A program made the position numbers and the translations under genes. The notes under the pieces were generated by a model. That model was given only the letters and a program-made list of their open reading frames with translations. It was not told the DNA's origin and ran no database searches. A stretch of 64,000 bases of DNA from a virus (taxonomy: Duplodnaviria > Caudoviricetes), in IMG/VR virus record IMGVR_UViG_3300025838_000023, positions 1 to 64,000 of that record; one strand, written 5' to 3'. Positions 20,031 through 30,309 of this stretch are shown here, one piece after another. Position 1 is the first letter of the stretch; each line of letters opens with the position of its first letter.

Positions 20031-20415
20031 ATGTTGTAAATTCTTTTGTATAAACTGAAATTATTGGTATTATTTTATATGGTTCTGTTGGTAGTGATGG
20101 TTTGAAATTTGGATATACGCATTTCGATTTCATCTCATGTATTCTATATTTAACTGGAAATCTATTTTTTAACCAATTAGGAAACCATCTTTCTTTGAAT
20201 GATTCTTTCCAATTTGAAGGATATTGGATTTCACTGGATTCTACATTTTCTCCATATAAATATCCTTTAAGCGTAACATCAAAATATCTTCCAATATAAT
20301 CCGATACATCAATATTAGCACCCAATAATGCTTTATCAAATCTTTGTGATAAATGAAATTGAATTGCTTCTAATTTATGTTCTTTAATATTAATCATACA
20401 AGCATTATATAACAA
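20017..20415 (-). CDS. Hypothetical protein
   Basis: YP.NW...FKERWFP.W...FPV. Confidence 0.55.
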   Translation of the reverse strand: MLYNACMINIKEHKLEAIQFHLSQRFDKALLGANIDVSDYIGRYFDVTLKGYLYGENVESSEIQYPSNWKESFKERWFPNWLKNRFPVKYRIHEMKSKCVYPNFKPSLPTEPYKIIPIISVYTKEFTTYDQI

Positions 20416-20427
20416 TTTAAAATAATA

Positions 20428-20934
20428 TCAAATTTTTTCATAGTATGTTATTTTTCCCTGATTAATTGTTTTTATCAATGTTTGTTTTGGGAACATTTCA
20501 ATTATTTCTTCTTTGGTGAATGGAAACTTTGTATCTCCTTTGCAATCAAAATCAAATTCTGTTAGATATATACCTTCACAATCCTTAAGAAATTCTTTAT
20601 AAACTTGCGCACCACCACAAAGAAACAATCCACCACCGAAAACATAATCAGAAGGAGGAATATTGTTAGGATGTTTGCAATAAAAAATCCCAAAACTTTC
20701 ATTTATACCATCTACCATACTATATCCACCACCTAGTTTGTTTTCATCTCTCGTTAAAATATAAACTACTCTATTTTTTAATTTTGGTAATGTTTTATAT
20801 GTGGTTCTTCCTACTACAATTCTCCCATTCCATGTAGTTTCTTTGAAAAATTGCAAATCTTCCTTTGATGTCCAAGGTAGTTTGCCATTATTTCCTATTA
20901 CGAAATTTTTAGATACTGCTGCTAATGCTTTCAT
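20428..20934 (-). CDS. folA: Dihydrofolate reductase
   Basis: VIG..GKLPW..EDL.FFK..T, VGR.T, L.NR, GGAQVY, GDTKFP. Confidence 0.92.
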   Translation of the reverse strand: MKALAAVSKNFVIGNNGKLPWTSKEDLQFFKETTWNGRIVVGRTTYKTLPKLKNRVVYILTRDENKLGGGYSMVDGINESFGIFYCKHPNNIPPSDYVFGGGLFLCGGAQVYKEFLKDCEGIYLTEFDFDCKGDTKFPFTKEEIIEMFPKQTLIKTINQGKITYYEKI

Positions 20935-21310
20935 TTTCTGTATTTAGATATTTTGATAGTTTCGAGAAGAATTCCATATCCATATCATCTTGAATTACTT
21001 CTACTATTGTCATTCCTTTTTGGCGTTCATCCCTAATTCGGTTTTGTCCAATTTCTTCTTCTGTAAGTGGAGTAGTAGGTTCTTCAAATTGCGCATAAAA
21101 TTCATAACCACTTTTATGCTCTGTTGGTTGCGTTATGTCACCTAAAGATAGTTCGACAATACGTGCATTTGATTTGTTAAGTTCTTTATACTTTTCCGCA
21201 TCTTCTCTAGTTTCGAAAAATACTAAATCTGTGCATAACTGAAGATTTGGAAACCGTTCTCCATGACCTTGTGTATATCCTATGCCGCCTAATGTGAATA
21301 TTGTTTTCAT
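20909..21310 (-). CDS. Hypothetical protein
   Basis: ORF in run. Confidence 0.55.
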   Translation of the reverse strand: MKTIFTLGGIGYTQGHGERFPNLQLCTDLVFFETREDAEKYKELNKSNARIVELSLGDITQPTEHKSGYEFYAQFEEPTTPLTEEEIGQNRIRDERQKGMTIVEVIQDDMDMEFFSKLSKYLNTENESISSSI

Positions 21311-21960
21311 ATATAAAAATAAACTAAATTATACATAGAATCGGATTCATCTATATATTGGTGTTTTAATTGTGGAAATACGTATCTGCCAAAAGTATTT
21401 TTAAAAAATTCCAATTTTTTGGGTTCATCTTTTTTAATATAGAAAAATATAACATCAGGAATTGTTTCATTTCTTTTATGCAAACTCTCTATAATAGCTT
21501 TTTTGATGCCACCAATTACAGAATAGCTATAATTTCCCATTTTTCCAGTTAACGAAATTGACTTATTTGAATCTCTAAAATTTATATTTAAAATGGGATT
21601 TGATGTATTTGATATTGCGTTTTGTAATTGTTTTATCTCTTCTTTATTTTTGGGATTCGACATATAAGAGTTAATAATTAAATTATCCAACTCATTAGCA
21701 GGTAGAAAATTCACATATAATTCATACTCTTCACCATTAGTCGCCGTAACTTTATATTTGTCGGTAGTATCAGTAACTTCAGTGATTTCAAATTTTTCAT
21801 AAAGTGGATAGAAATTCTGATAACAAAATATATATCCATCCCAAAATTTATTCCAATTAAAGTTTTCTAAAATTTTTCCATTTTCTATCTGTAAGAAATC
21901 TGTGGTATTAGATTCCATTTTTTCATACAACACTTCTAAATTTTTTATATCTCGACTCAT
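21307..21960 (-). CDS. Paralog family A protein
   Basis: ENFNW.KFW..Y.FC.QN..PLYE.FE, closest to 50618. Confidence 0.7.
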   Translation of the reverse strand: MSRDIKNLEVLYEKMESNTTDFLQIENGKILENFNWNKFWDGYIFCYQNFYPLYEKFEITEVTDTTDKYKVTATNGEEYELYVNFLPANELDNLIINSYMSNPKNKEEIKQLQNAISNTSNPILNINFRDSNKSISLTGKMGNYSYSVIGGIKKAIIESLHKRNETIPDVIFFYIKKDEPKKLEFFKNTFGRYVFPQLKHQYIDESDSMYNLVYFYI

Positions 21961-22409
21961 ATAATACTTTTTGATTTTAAAAATTCAGGATTTTCCAATT
22001 CATTTCCAATAATTGCACAATATTTACTAAGTGGCAATCCTGCACCTTTTCCTTTATTTTCCAATGAAGCATATGTTCTAAATCCTGATGTTTTTAAGTG
22101 GGTATGATCGCCAGTATCTTCACAAGTAACCCAAGTGACAATACCATAATATGAAAATCCTACTTTGTCACCCCAAGAATCATAATGAGTTTCTGTTATA
22201 ATATCACCTTCATATATATCCTTTCCATAAGAATCCGTCAATCCAGTCCATTGTTGAATTATATAGTTATCTTGATTATTCGATATATTTGCTTGCCCAC
22301 AAAGATCATCATCAACTTCAACTATTAATCCTGATGGAGTTATAGCTAAATTATCAGTTACATAACGTTTCTTTGTTTTATCCCATATTCTAAATTTTAA
22401 CATATTCAT
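21957..22409 (-). CDS. YopX-family protein
   Basis: KFRIWD, QQWTGL.D..G.DIYEGDI, IGN..ENPE. Confidence 0.85.
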   Translation of the reverse strand: MNMLKFRIWDKTKKRYVTDNLAITPSGLIVEVDDDLCGQANISNNQDNYIIQQWTGLTDSYGKDIYEGDIITETHYDSWGDKVGFSYYGIVTWVTCEDTGDHTHLKTSGFRTYASLENKGKGAGLPLSKYCAIIGNELENPEFLKSKSII

Positions 22410-22415
22410 AATTTA

Positions 22416-23084
22416 TTATTTAGTTGCTATTAGATGTGTATATTTTGTATCCGAAACTTCATCAACAAAAATATTAGAATAAATTGGCAAGTATTTTTCA
22501 ATTAGTTTTTTATATAATGGAAGCCTTCTATCTTTTTCATTATTATCAATTAGCATAACAATACCAAATACATTTTTTATGTTTCTATTATTAAAACTGT
22601 CTAAAATTGATTTTCTTAATCCACTAAATATCTCAAAAGAATCTAATTTCGAGTTTCCAGTCAATACGAAGTTTCCCTGTGCATCTTCAAATCTAATAAA
22701 ACATAGTTCGTTGTTTATATTATCACCAATTAGGGATTTTAGGTTATTAAAATATTCGATAGTAGGATCAGATTTCTTATAATTTCCTGCTTGTATTCCT
22801 GTGGAAATGAACGTATCAATTTTGTTCTTTTTATAATAGTCAAGAATTAAAAACACTTCACTTCCTTTTAATGTAGTGATTTTATATCGATCTTTATCAT
22901 CCGATGTTTCATTATCCAGCTTTTCAAATTTTTCTAATAAGGTATAAAACGTATTTAGCTCTGCTGCCTTATAAAAAAAGGAAGTCCAATTAAAATTCTC
23001 AACATCTAAATCTTCATTAAAAAAATCATAAGGATATATAGATTCATATAAATTTTGAATGTTTATAAAATCGCTCATATCCAT
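22416..23084 (-). CDS. Paralog family A protein
   Basis: ENFNW, LLEKFE, LCF..FED, LTG, FSGLR, RRL.LY. Confidence 0.7.
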   Translation of the reverse strand: MDMSDFINIQNLYESIYPYDFFNEDLDVENFNWTSFFYKAAELNTFYTLLEKFEKLDNETSDDKDRYKITTLKGSEVFLILDYYKKNKIDTFISTGIQAGNYKKSDPTIEYFNNLKSLIGDNINNELCFIRFEDAQGNFVLTGNSKLDSFEIFSGLRKSILDSFNNRNIKNVFGIVMLIDNNEKDRRLPLYKKLIEKYLPIYSNIFVDEVSDTKYTHLIATK

Positions 23085-23314
23085 TCACCTTCGGTAAACG
23101 CCTTATCTTCTAAATCAAATTTCACATATGCAAAGAACTTCACCAAATCTCCAGTATTCGGATTTCTGACCCAATACATACTAGGATTTGCATAGTTCAC
23201 ACTTGTAGTTATTTGATCAAGTAATGGACAAGAAACATCATCAACTAATTGTAGCTCTTGCACATGATTTAGTATTTCTCTTGGAGTTCCTACTATTAAG
23301 TTTCTAATTATCAT
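23075..23314 (-). CDS. Hypothetical protein
   Basis: ORF in run. Confidence 0.5.
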   Translation of the reverse strand: MIIRNLIVGTPREILNHVQELQLVDDVSCPLLDQITTSVNYANPSMYWVRNPNTGDLVKFFAYVKFDLEDKAFTEGEWI

Positions 23315-23316
23315 AT

Positions 23317-23592
23317 TTAAATTTCCTCGTACATAATAGGTTGAATTGTGCTACCTTCAGGGATATCATCAGGACTCGCATCTACACATTTTTTATAATC
23401 CTTACCACAACGAAAACAATGTAAGTAAGTTTCTATTGATGCTGGTTTCCCTCCATAATATTTATCCTGACGTTCTTTATCTAAGGAATCATAATATTCA
23501 TTAAACAATTTAACTTCGTTTTCAGCATCAGATTTCGACACTCCAAAATGAACCCAACCACATTCACATTTTAAAAATTTCATATTTTTCAT
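23317..23592 (-). CDS. Small zinc-ribbon protein
   Basis: CECGWVHF...CFRCG. Confidence 0.55.
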   Translation of the reverse strand: MKNMKFLKCECGWVHFGVSKSDAENEVKLFNEYYDSLDKERQDKYYGGKPASIETYLHCFRCGKDYKKCVDASPDDIPEGSTIQPIMYEEI

Positions 23593-23618
23593 ATTAACAT
23601 AAAAAAATAAATAATCAA

Positions 23619-24392
23619 CTAATAATCAGTTTTAGTGATATGCTCTGAACGAATTGGGCGTAATACAAAAACTGCATAATACGAATTAGGAGAAACATTA
23701 AACGATTCATCCAAGTATATATGATCAGTTAATGCATCCAATGAAATTTCTAAAACTACCATATCTGTCTGTTTATTATCCTTTATCGTTCTGCCTTCTG
23801 ATAATTCCTTTTTAAGTATCGGAATATATGTTTTAGGATTTTTAGTAGCAAATAGATATATACGATTCGCAGGATGTTTAAAGCGAGTTCTGGAGGTTTT
23901 TGTGGTTAATCCTGTTTGTAATATTTTTTCTACTCTATTGTTTTCCGTTATATGAAATAGTTTATATCCATTTAATTGTTCAGGAAGTATTTGTATTGGA
24001 TATTTTGGTTCGAATTGATATACATCCAGATTTTGTGAATAAAATCCTTGCCTAACAATAAAATATCCATATAAATCCAATATAGATTGTAATTCTTTTT
24101 CGTGAGTTTTAAATTCTGTAGGAAATTGTATTAGAAATGTTACAGTATTCGGCTTTCCAAACTTATATTTTATATCGTTATTCACATTAAAAGGAATATC
24201 TTCTACTTCTACAATATATTTCTTAAATTTCTTAAACATTTCCGATCTTAAAGCGGATGAACTATATGAGGTTATCAATCCTTCTGTTAATACTCTTTCT
24301 TCTTCCAATCTCTTTAAGAAATTACTTGCAAGAATTCGAGTTGGTTGAATGTTTGTTAATATGGTTTCAACAGATTTATCAAATTTCTCCAT
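23619..24392 (-). CDS. ADP-ribosyltransferase-fold (Tpt1/PARP-like) protein, paralog family B
   Basis: LFHIT..KIL..GL..K, RIYL, YLD; paralog of 51271. Confidence 0.6.
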   Translation of the reverse strand: MEKFDKSVETILTNIQPTRILASNFLKRLEEERVLTEGLITSYSSSALRSEMFKKFKKYIVEVEDIPFNVNNDIKYKFGKPNTVTFLIQFPTEFKTHEKELQSILDLYGYFIVRQGFYSQNLDVYQFEPKYPIQILPEQLNGYKLFHITENNRVEKILQTGLTTKTSRTRFKHPANRIYLFATKNPKTYIPILKKELSEGRTIKDNKQTDMVVLEISLDALTDHIYLDESFNVSPNSYYAVFVLRPIRSEHITKTDY

Positions 24393-24393
24393 A

Positions 24394-25128
24394 TTATCTA
24401 AACAATCTTTCTCGTTCCATTCTCCTTAAACATTGAACAGCATTCTCGTTTTTATTCATCTTATAGCTACATCCAATGCACCCACCTTTCCAAGAACCAG
24501 CCTTTTCTCCTACTTCACTATCGAATTTAACATCAATATAATCCACATAAGATTTAAAAGGCAACCATTTTCTTCTTGTAGTGGAACGTTCGATGGAAAC
24601 AGAAGCATTAACATCTTGAACTTCTCCATTTAAACATTCATAACGATATGGAAGTGAGATACTATGTCTTTTGATAATTTCGTTTCGTTTTTCCCAATTA
24701 TCATTACTTTTAAAATCATCTTTTGTATCATGAACTACGTGATTTTTATTTAGATTTAGAATTTCTCTTTTAATATGGATATGAGTTACAAAAGGCAAAT
24801 CCCACCAAAATTTTTTATTACCCCAATTAGCACGAAAACACTCTCTATCATAAAATCCAATTCCCCATTCTCTCCCATCATCCCATCCTCTTATAGTTTT
24901 GTTTTTATTCAACCAAAGAAGCATATTTAAAGTGAACCAAAAGAATTTAAATGATAGACGATATTCTGCTCTATCACATTCATCATTCGTTTCATATACC
25001 TTAATGCTTGGCAAATCCCAATGTTTATATAGATATAGTTCAATCGGTTGGTGCTCAAAATCCGAACTCCGAATACCAATTGAATGTTCATCATTATCAA
25101 TCCAAAATCTTGTTTTTCCTATTTTCAT
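24394..25128 (-). CDS. Hypothetical phage protein
   Basis: Trp-rich; EVGE..GSWKGG C-terminus. Confidence 0.6.
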   Translation of the reverse strand: MKIGKTRFWIDNDEHSIGIRSSDFEHQPIELYLYKHWDLPSIKVYETNDECDRAEYRLSFKFFWFTLNMLLWLNKNKTIRGWDDGREWGIGFYDRECFRANWGNKKFWWDLPFVTHIHIKREILNLNKNHVVHDTKDDFKSNDNWEKRNEIIKRHSISLPYRYECLNGEVQDVNASVSIERSTTRRKWLPFKSYVDYIDVKFDSEVGEKAGSWKGGCIGCSYKMNKNENAVQCLRRMERERLFR

Positions 25129-25133
25129 ATATA

Positions 25134-25490
25134 TTATCCTCTATTAAACTGAAACCAATATTCAAAATCATTATTTATCATACTACCTTCTAATGCTGAC
25201 AATTTAACATCTTCTAGCAATCTTCTGGAAATATAACCACTTTTGATATCATCTATATTAAAAGTTTCAAGATCATATATTTTAATTCCTACTTTAGCCC
25301 ATTCATAATATTCTGGTGCGGTTTCTTTTGCGTTGATTATCTTTTGATTTGACATCTTGAATACCAAATCATCACAAAATGTATCAATTGCGTCTTCTTC
25401 GTTCGGAGCAAATATCAACTTTAAATATTCACTAAATCCTTCACCAGTCGCAAAGTAATTAAAATATCCTAAATATTTCTTGTTTTTCAT
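25134..25490 (-). CDS. Hypothetical protein
   Basis: YFATGEG motif. Confidence 0.55.
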   Translation of the reverse strand: MKNKKYLGYFNYFATGEGFSEYLKLIFAPNEEDAIDTFCDDLVFKMSNQKIINAKETAPEYYEWAKVGIKIYDLETFNIDDIKSGYISRRLLEDVKLSALEGSMINNDFEYWFQFNRG

Positions 25491-26059
25491 ATATTAAAGA
25501 ATTGTAACATCTTTCTAAACATTATCAAGGTATTATATGCATCATCCTTTGCATCATGTTTTCTACCAATAAACTTTAGCTTCAAATGAGTCATAGCCTT
25601 CGCCAATCCTCCAGTTGGTTGTTGTCCGTTTGCAATACGATACGCAACATATAAGGTTTTAGTATCAATCCAACGTCTACCAAAAGGCCAATCAATTACA
25701 TCATTCCTAAATTCCGGACAATATTGCATTAATTGTTCTTTAAGTTCTATACTATCTCCTCCACCCCAAGTAATAGGATTGATGAATGCTTCTCTACCTT
25801 CAACAAACTGCAATAATTTTTCATATCCAACTTCCAGACTTACTCCTTCTGTATCAACTTGTTCTTGTGTAATACCAGTAAGTTCTGTGATGCGTGGTTC
25901 AATATCTTCTTGTGGGTTTATAATAACAGAAAAGGTTTCAATTGGATCATTTTCTTTATATGTTCCAATTACTGCTCCAATCTGTATAATTTTCTTTGAT
26001 GGTTGGTTCATTTCTAAATCCAACGCAACAAATGTATCTCTAAAGTATTCGTTTTCCAT
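25487..26059 (-). CDS. DEDDh 3'-5' exonuclease
   Basis: LDLE, IIQIGA, LTGI, WG.GD, H.A.DDA.NT. Confidence 0.88.
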   Translation of the reverse strand: MENEYFRDTFVALDLEMNQPSKKIIQIGAVIGTYKENDPIETFSVIINPQEDIEPRITELTGITQEQVDTEGVSLEVGYEKLLQFVEGREAFINPITWGGGDSIELKEQLMQYCPEFRNDVIDWPFGRRWIDTKTLYVAYRIANGQQPTGGLAKAMTHLKLKFIGRKHDAKDDAYNTLIMFRKMLQFFNI

Positions 26060-26130
26060 TTTTTATTGTTTCTCGGTAATTGTTTCCTTTAACTCTATCA
26101 TATAATATCAAAAAATCAATAAATATTAAT

Positions 26131-26319
26131 ATGAGTTTTTGTTTGCATAAAGCACCAGATGAAGAATTATATCGAGCTACGGAATTATTAACCATTATTT
26201 CCACTAAAGAAAAGGTTTATGAATTCCGCCGATGTTATTCTTGCAAAGCTTTAATACTTTTTATTGACAATGATGTAATACTTGATATAGATTTGAATGA
26301 TATTGTTACATTGTACTGA
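26131..26319 (+). CDS. Small hypothetical protein
   Basis: TAAATA upstream of ATG 26131. Confidence 0.4.
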   Translation: MSFCLHKAPDEELYRATELLTIISTKEKVYEFRRCYSCKALILFIDNDVILDIDLNDIVTLY

Positions 26320-26506
26320 TAATATAGTAATAAGGAACCACATCTTCTATTCCAAGCATCGTAGCATCCGTTTTATCAATTTCATTCCAAATCACTGTTA
26401 CCATTAATTCATCCTTATCAATTCTAGTAACTATTACATTCCTTTCACTATTATCAGGCCAGCGACAAAGATGTTCAGTATTCAATTTTATATATTCAAT
26501 GTTCAT
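26306..26506 (-). CDS. Hypothetical protein
   Basis: ORF. Confidence 0.45.
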   Translation of the reverse strand: MNIEYIKLNTEHLCRWPDNSERNVIVTRIDKDELMVTVIWNEIDKTDATMLGIEDVVPYYYIISTM

Positions 26507-26542
26507 TCAATTGTCCTATATATGTTATTATGTCACTTAAGG

Positions 26543-26815
26543 TTAGATATATGATACGTTAGAAACCAAAGCTTCATCTACAATTTTTCTACTTTGTTCC
26601 GTTAATCCATGACCAGCAAAGTATTCCAAAGCATTCCGCATTCTTACATTTTCTTCTGCAAGTTCATTCAACATAAATTCTAAATCTTCTATAAAATTAC
26701 GGCGCATATTCTCGTTTTTAAACTTCCCGTAATTATATAGAAACCATTCAAGAGATGATGGATTTCCTTTTTTCACTGCATCAATTACTTCGTTTTGTGT
26801 TGGTATTTTAATCAT
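26543..26815 (-). CDS. Hypothetical protein
   Basis: ORF. Confidence 0.55.
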   Translation of the reverse strand: MIKIPTQNEVIDAVKKGNPSSLEWFLYNYGKFKNENMRRNFIEDLEFMLNELAEENVRMRNALEYFAGHGLTEQSRKIVDEALVSNVSYI

Positions 26816-26989
26816 TATTCATTTTCTTCTAATTCTACTGTTCCTGTTGATTGTAGTTGTTTTAATATTTCTAGGGTTAAATTCACATAAGCAACTTTAT
26901 CAGTTTTGAATGTATATTGATGTTTTCTTTCTACTCCAATATATCACATAACAATAGAAACGTAAATTATTTATTTTAACAGATATTTA

Positions 26990-27322
26990 TCAATGATGTT
27001 TACCTATTTTTTTGCTATTATTCGCAATTATCCATAAAAAGTAATCAGTTCCTTCATGGGTAACGATTAAACATACTTCTCCATCTTTATCCGTGCAATG
27101 AATATACGTAGCAGATTCAATCATACCATATATATCTTCTACGGTTTTATCCGTAAGTTTTCTCAAGAAGGATTTTTTACAATTTAACTCTTCTTTGACA
27201 ACTAATTTAGAATTTGCTATCTTACCTTTAATATATGTAATAAGAGCAGCACCCTTCAATTTAATATGTTCAAATCCTTCCATATTAATATTTAATATTT
27301 TTTGAAGGATTTTATGATTCAA
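26990..27322 (-). CDS. Hypothetical protein
   Basis: ORF. Confidence 0.5.
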   Translation of the reverse strand: MNHKILQKILNINMEGFEHIKLKGAALITYIKGKIANSKLVVKEELNCKKSFLRKLTDKTVEDIYGMIESATYIHCTDKDGEVCLIVTHEGTDYFLWIIANNSKKIGKHH

Positions 27323-28122
27323 TTTGGAATAAAATAATTAAGTTCGCCTTGAATATAATCCAAAACCGATCCACGAATTATATACGCTTCATCTTTCATC
27401 TTATTCAAATCTCCAGTGAATGTAACTTGAGGAGTAATTGCGTATTTTGCTTTATCTCTCAATTTTTCCAATATAGATAATGGAACCGTAACCATTGTTT
27501 CTTTATTATTCATTTTTGGTAGAGTGAAATGTTTTATCCATTTTTCGGTATTTGGGCAAGGAACATCACAAACTTCAACAAATACGCCTTCTGAATCTCC
27601 TTCACGAATCAATTTATTATGATAATTTTTTAACTCACAACAAAATTTTCCATGAAATACTTCCATAGCCTCTTCTATAGTATCCCCACCCCAACAGGAT
27701 TTTGACCATTTAGGATAAAAGGGATTCCATGACCACCAAAAATATTTCACGCTAGGTTTCTTCCATCCTGCATCAAAAGGAGGAACTTCAAATTGATTTT
27801 GTGTTTGCGTTTTCATAAGTTTTAATTCTTCTTCGAATGGACATGGCACAGGATTCTCGGTAGAAACATGCTCACAATTAGAATAATGTTGGCTCATAGG
27901 TGCTCCACAATGACAAGTTCCTTCAAAAGATTTCCAATATTTGATTTTTTCTTCTAAACGTTTAATAGTTTCAGGAGAATAAACCCAATATTCGAGATGT
28001 TCCCAACCTTCTACTAACTGATGCAAATCATCGTTATATTTGTGCAATTCATCAGATTTATCAATTTCTCCTGTGATTATATTCGTCGCAAGATAACATT
28101 TCGTAATGGGTTGTGTTTTCAT
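27319..28122 (-). CDS. Hypothetical multidomain protein
   Basis: ORF; CHCG, Trp-rich middle. Confidence 0.6.
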   Translation of the reverse strand: MKTQPITKCYLATNIITGEIDKSDELHKYNDDLHQLVEGWEHLEYWVYSPETIKRLEEKIKYWKSFEGTCHCGAPMSQHYSNCEHVSTENPVPCPFEEELKLMKTQTQNQFEVPPFDAGWKKPSVKYFWWSWNPFYPKWSKSCWGGDTIEEAMEVFHGKFCCELKNYHNKLIREGDSEGVFVEVCDVPCPNTEKWIKHFTLPKMNNKETMVTVPLSILEKLRDKAKYAITPQVTFTGDLNKMKDEAYIIRGSVLDYIQGELNYFIPN

Positions 28123-28171
28123 ATAATATTACTTGCAATAGTAGCATATTACATCTACTATTGCAAGCATT

Positions 28172-29155
28172 TTATTTAAATTTCTGGTTGATAAGTTTAA
28201 CAGACAGAGGTTTTTGTAATGTTTGTGAGAATGTTACTTCCATCGGACGCATTACAATTCCTTCTGCTGGACTACCATTCGGATATTTCAATGTATTAAC
28301 AAACTCTTGTAATTCATCAAGAGAAGGCAAATCCACTGAACGGATAATCTTTACAATAGGAACCTTTTTCAATCCAGCAACTTTACAAAATTCTGTTAAG
28401 TCATTTGGACTATATAGGTTGTTTGTTGCTAAATCTTTGACATTGAAAATTGCTAGATCAATGCCATTAATTCCTAATTTGTTCCCTTGGATACCATTAC
28501 CGAAGATTTCCCCCTGAATAGCCAAACCACGATAAGCATTAAGCAAATTGTATTGTCTTGCCATTTTCCAGTAAACATTATTACCATCCTTCAAGATTTG
28601 TCTTCTACTGCAAACCATCGTATCTTCATCAATAGGAATAATGAACGAACTTGAGGTACCGTCAATTTTTAATGTGATTTCAATATCACATCCACAGTTC
28701 TTCAATTCATCATAAGTTTCAGGATTCGATTTAACGTTATCTTCATCCGTAATTCGAACATAAATGCTTGGAAACTGACCAATAGCATCTTGATTTACTG
28801 GTGCTGGAAGTTCATACTTTGTTACTCCGATAAGTTCAGATACTTCTTGTTTATCTTCGTAATTACCTTCTGGAAGAATTGACATAGGAAAAACCACTCC
28901 TTGACTTACGACGCCACGAAGTTTTTGCGTTTTTAAAACAATAGGCTTAGTAGGATCATCTTTGCTCCTTAAAAATTCCGTCCATTCTGCAAAAGGTAAT
29001 ACGGTATCAATAGGAACGAAAATTACCCTGTCGCCTACTTTATATTGCCCCCTTTGGATTACGGTTTGCCATCCCAATACTCGACAAAGTTCAATTCTGT
29101 CGGCATTTGGGATTGGTTGAATATCTACGATTGTTTCAATTGATGCTAGTTTCAT
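28172..29155 (-). CDS. RNA ligase, DRB0094 family
   Basis: KLAS..I.PIPNADRIE N-domain; KIDGTS, QGEIFG, EGIV, VK.IN. Confidence 0.88.
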   Translation of the reverse strand: MKLASIETIVDIQPIPNADRIELCRVLGWQTVIQRGQYKVGDRVIFVPIDTVLPFAEWTEFLRSKDDPTKPIVLKTQKLRGVVSQGVVFPMSILPEGNYEDKQEVSELIGVTKYELPAPVNQDAIGQFPSIYVRITDEDNVKSNPETYDELKNCGCDIEITLKIDGTSSSFIIPIDEDTMVCSRRQILKDGNNVYWKMARQYNLLNAYRGLAIQGEIFGNGIQGNKLGINGIDLAIFNVKDLATNNLYSPNDLTEFCKVAGLKKVPIVKIIRSVDLPSLDELQEFVNTLKYPNGSPAEGIVMRPMEVTFSQTLQKPLSVKLINQKFK

Positions 29156-29182
29156 ATTTGTTTCTCTCTTTTATTTGAGAGA

Positions 29183-29210
29183 ATCATATCACATTTTCAC
29201 CTAACGTCAA
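29183..29210 (-). promoter_or_regulatory. Sigma70-like early promoter (representative)
   Basis: TTGACG-N16-TATGAT; similar TTGA(C)..TAnnnT sites before 38336, 47862, 53515, 62251. Confidence 0.55.
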
Positions 29211-29218
29211 GAATTATT

Positions 29219-29461
29219 TTACTCCATTTCAGGTTTTTCTACAGTTAGTAATTGTGGTTGAAGTGGCTTATTGAATGTAAGAATCTGATGCCAAATCAAA
29301 CCATCAAACAAAATAGTTAATCGTTCTTTCCACGTTAATTTCCAACAACATACTATTCTTCCTTGTGGATCATTTGGAAATTTGTAAGCTGGTAGTGGAT
29401 TATATTGTGGTTGATCTTTTGCGATGATCACCGTTTGTTCAGGGAATTCTATTAGTTTCAT
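29219..29461 (-). CDS. Conserved small phage protein
   Basis: AKDQPQY.PLPA...CWKL...ER...TF..PLQP. Confidence 0.6.
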   Translation of the reverse strand: MKLIEFPEQTVIIAKDQPQYNPLPAYKFPNDPQGRIVCCWKLTWKERLTILFDGLIWHQILTFNKPLQPQLLTVEKPEME

Positions 29462-29465
29462 ATTT

Positions 29466-29735
29466 TTAAATTTTTCTACGCATTGGAACAAAAACTGATG
29501 GATTATAATTGCATCCTATGTACCACTTATTCACAGTTTCCCATGTTATGCAATCATCCAATAATGCTTCATCCGCAACTTCAATATTATCATTTGCGGA
29601 TAGTAACTTATAATTCACAATATCTTTAGTATCCGAATCTTTTAGGTGTTTTTCCATTTGTTCGTATGCTTCTTCTTTTGTTCTTTTTGGTTGCGATAAA
29701 CGAAGCTTGTGCAATTCTTCTGGATCAGTTTTCAT
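29466..29735 (-). CDS. Hypothetical protein
   Basis: ORF. Confidence 0.5.
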   Translation of the reverse strand: MKTDPEELHKLRLSQPKRTKEEAYEQMEKHLKDSDTKDIVNYKLLSANDNIEVADEALLDDCITWETVNKWYIGCNYNPSVFVPMRRKI

Positions 29736-30309
29736 CAGTTATAGTAGTTATTTCAGGTTTGGGAAAATTAATAGTATCCCACATTTTAACATACAAATCT
29801 AATGAATAGTCAATTCGTTTATAATCCCACCCTCGTTCTTTTAACCTACTAGCAAGAACTTTTGTAGGAACATCAAGATAAACAATTTCAACTTGTGGAT
29901 ATCTACGTTTCAACCAAGCAATAGAATGATCAAGATACGGAACTTCAATTACTAAATCCGTATCAGTTTCTAGTGCCATTATGATCATACGTTTCATTAC
30001 TCCAACAAAATTAGAAGTGAAATAATCAATAAAGATGTTATTCAACTCATCATCGTTCATCAATGTAGTTATTAGTTTTTGTTTATCTATTACAACCATA
30101 CTTGGAGTTGTAGAAGGAACATAGAAACTACTATCTAGGATATCAAAAAGAAATTTTTGGGTATCAGAATGAAGATCATCAAATTGAGCATGCACCCATT
30201 CATCATGTGCCAAATATTGATATCCTTCTAACAACAATTTTTTGCAATATGTGGATTTTCCAGAACCAGCTTTGCCAGTGACTATTTTAATACTCATAAT
30301 GCCTCCCAT
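29725..30309 (-). CDS. coaE: Dephospho-CoA kinase-like P-loop kinase
   Basis: VTGKAGSGKS, D.WVH, IDK.KL, VIEVPYL, RLKERG; two genes from coaD. Confidence 0.6.
   Translation of the reverse strand: MGGIMSIKIVTGKAGSGKSTYCKKLLLEGYQYLAHDEWVHAQFDDLHSDTQKFLFDILDSSFYVPSTTPSMVVIDKQKLITTLMNDDELNNIFIDYFTSNFVGVMKRMIIMALETDTDLVIEVPYLDHSIAWLKRRYPQVEIVYLDVPTKVLASRLKERGWDYKRIDYSLDLYVKMWDTINFPKPEITTITDEN

Noticed and set aside
26815-26990. Start-less frame YIGVERKHQY..EENE on the - strand
   Set aside because: Possible gene remnant but too short and unrecognisable to call
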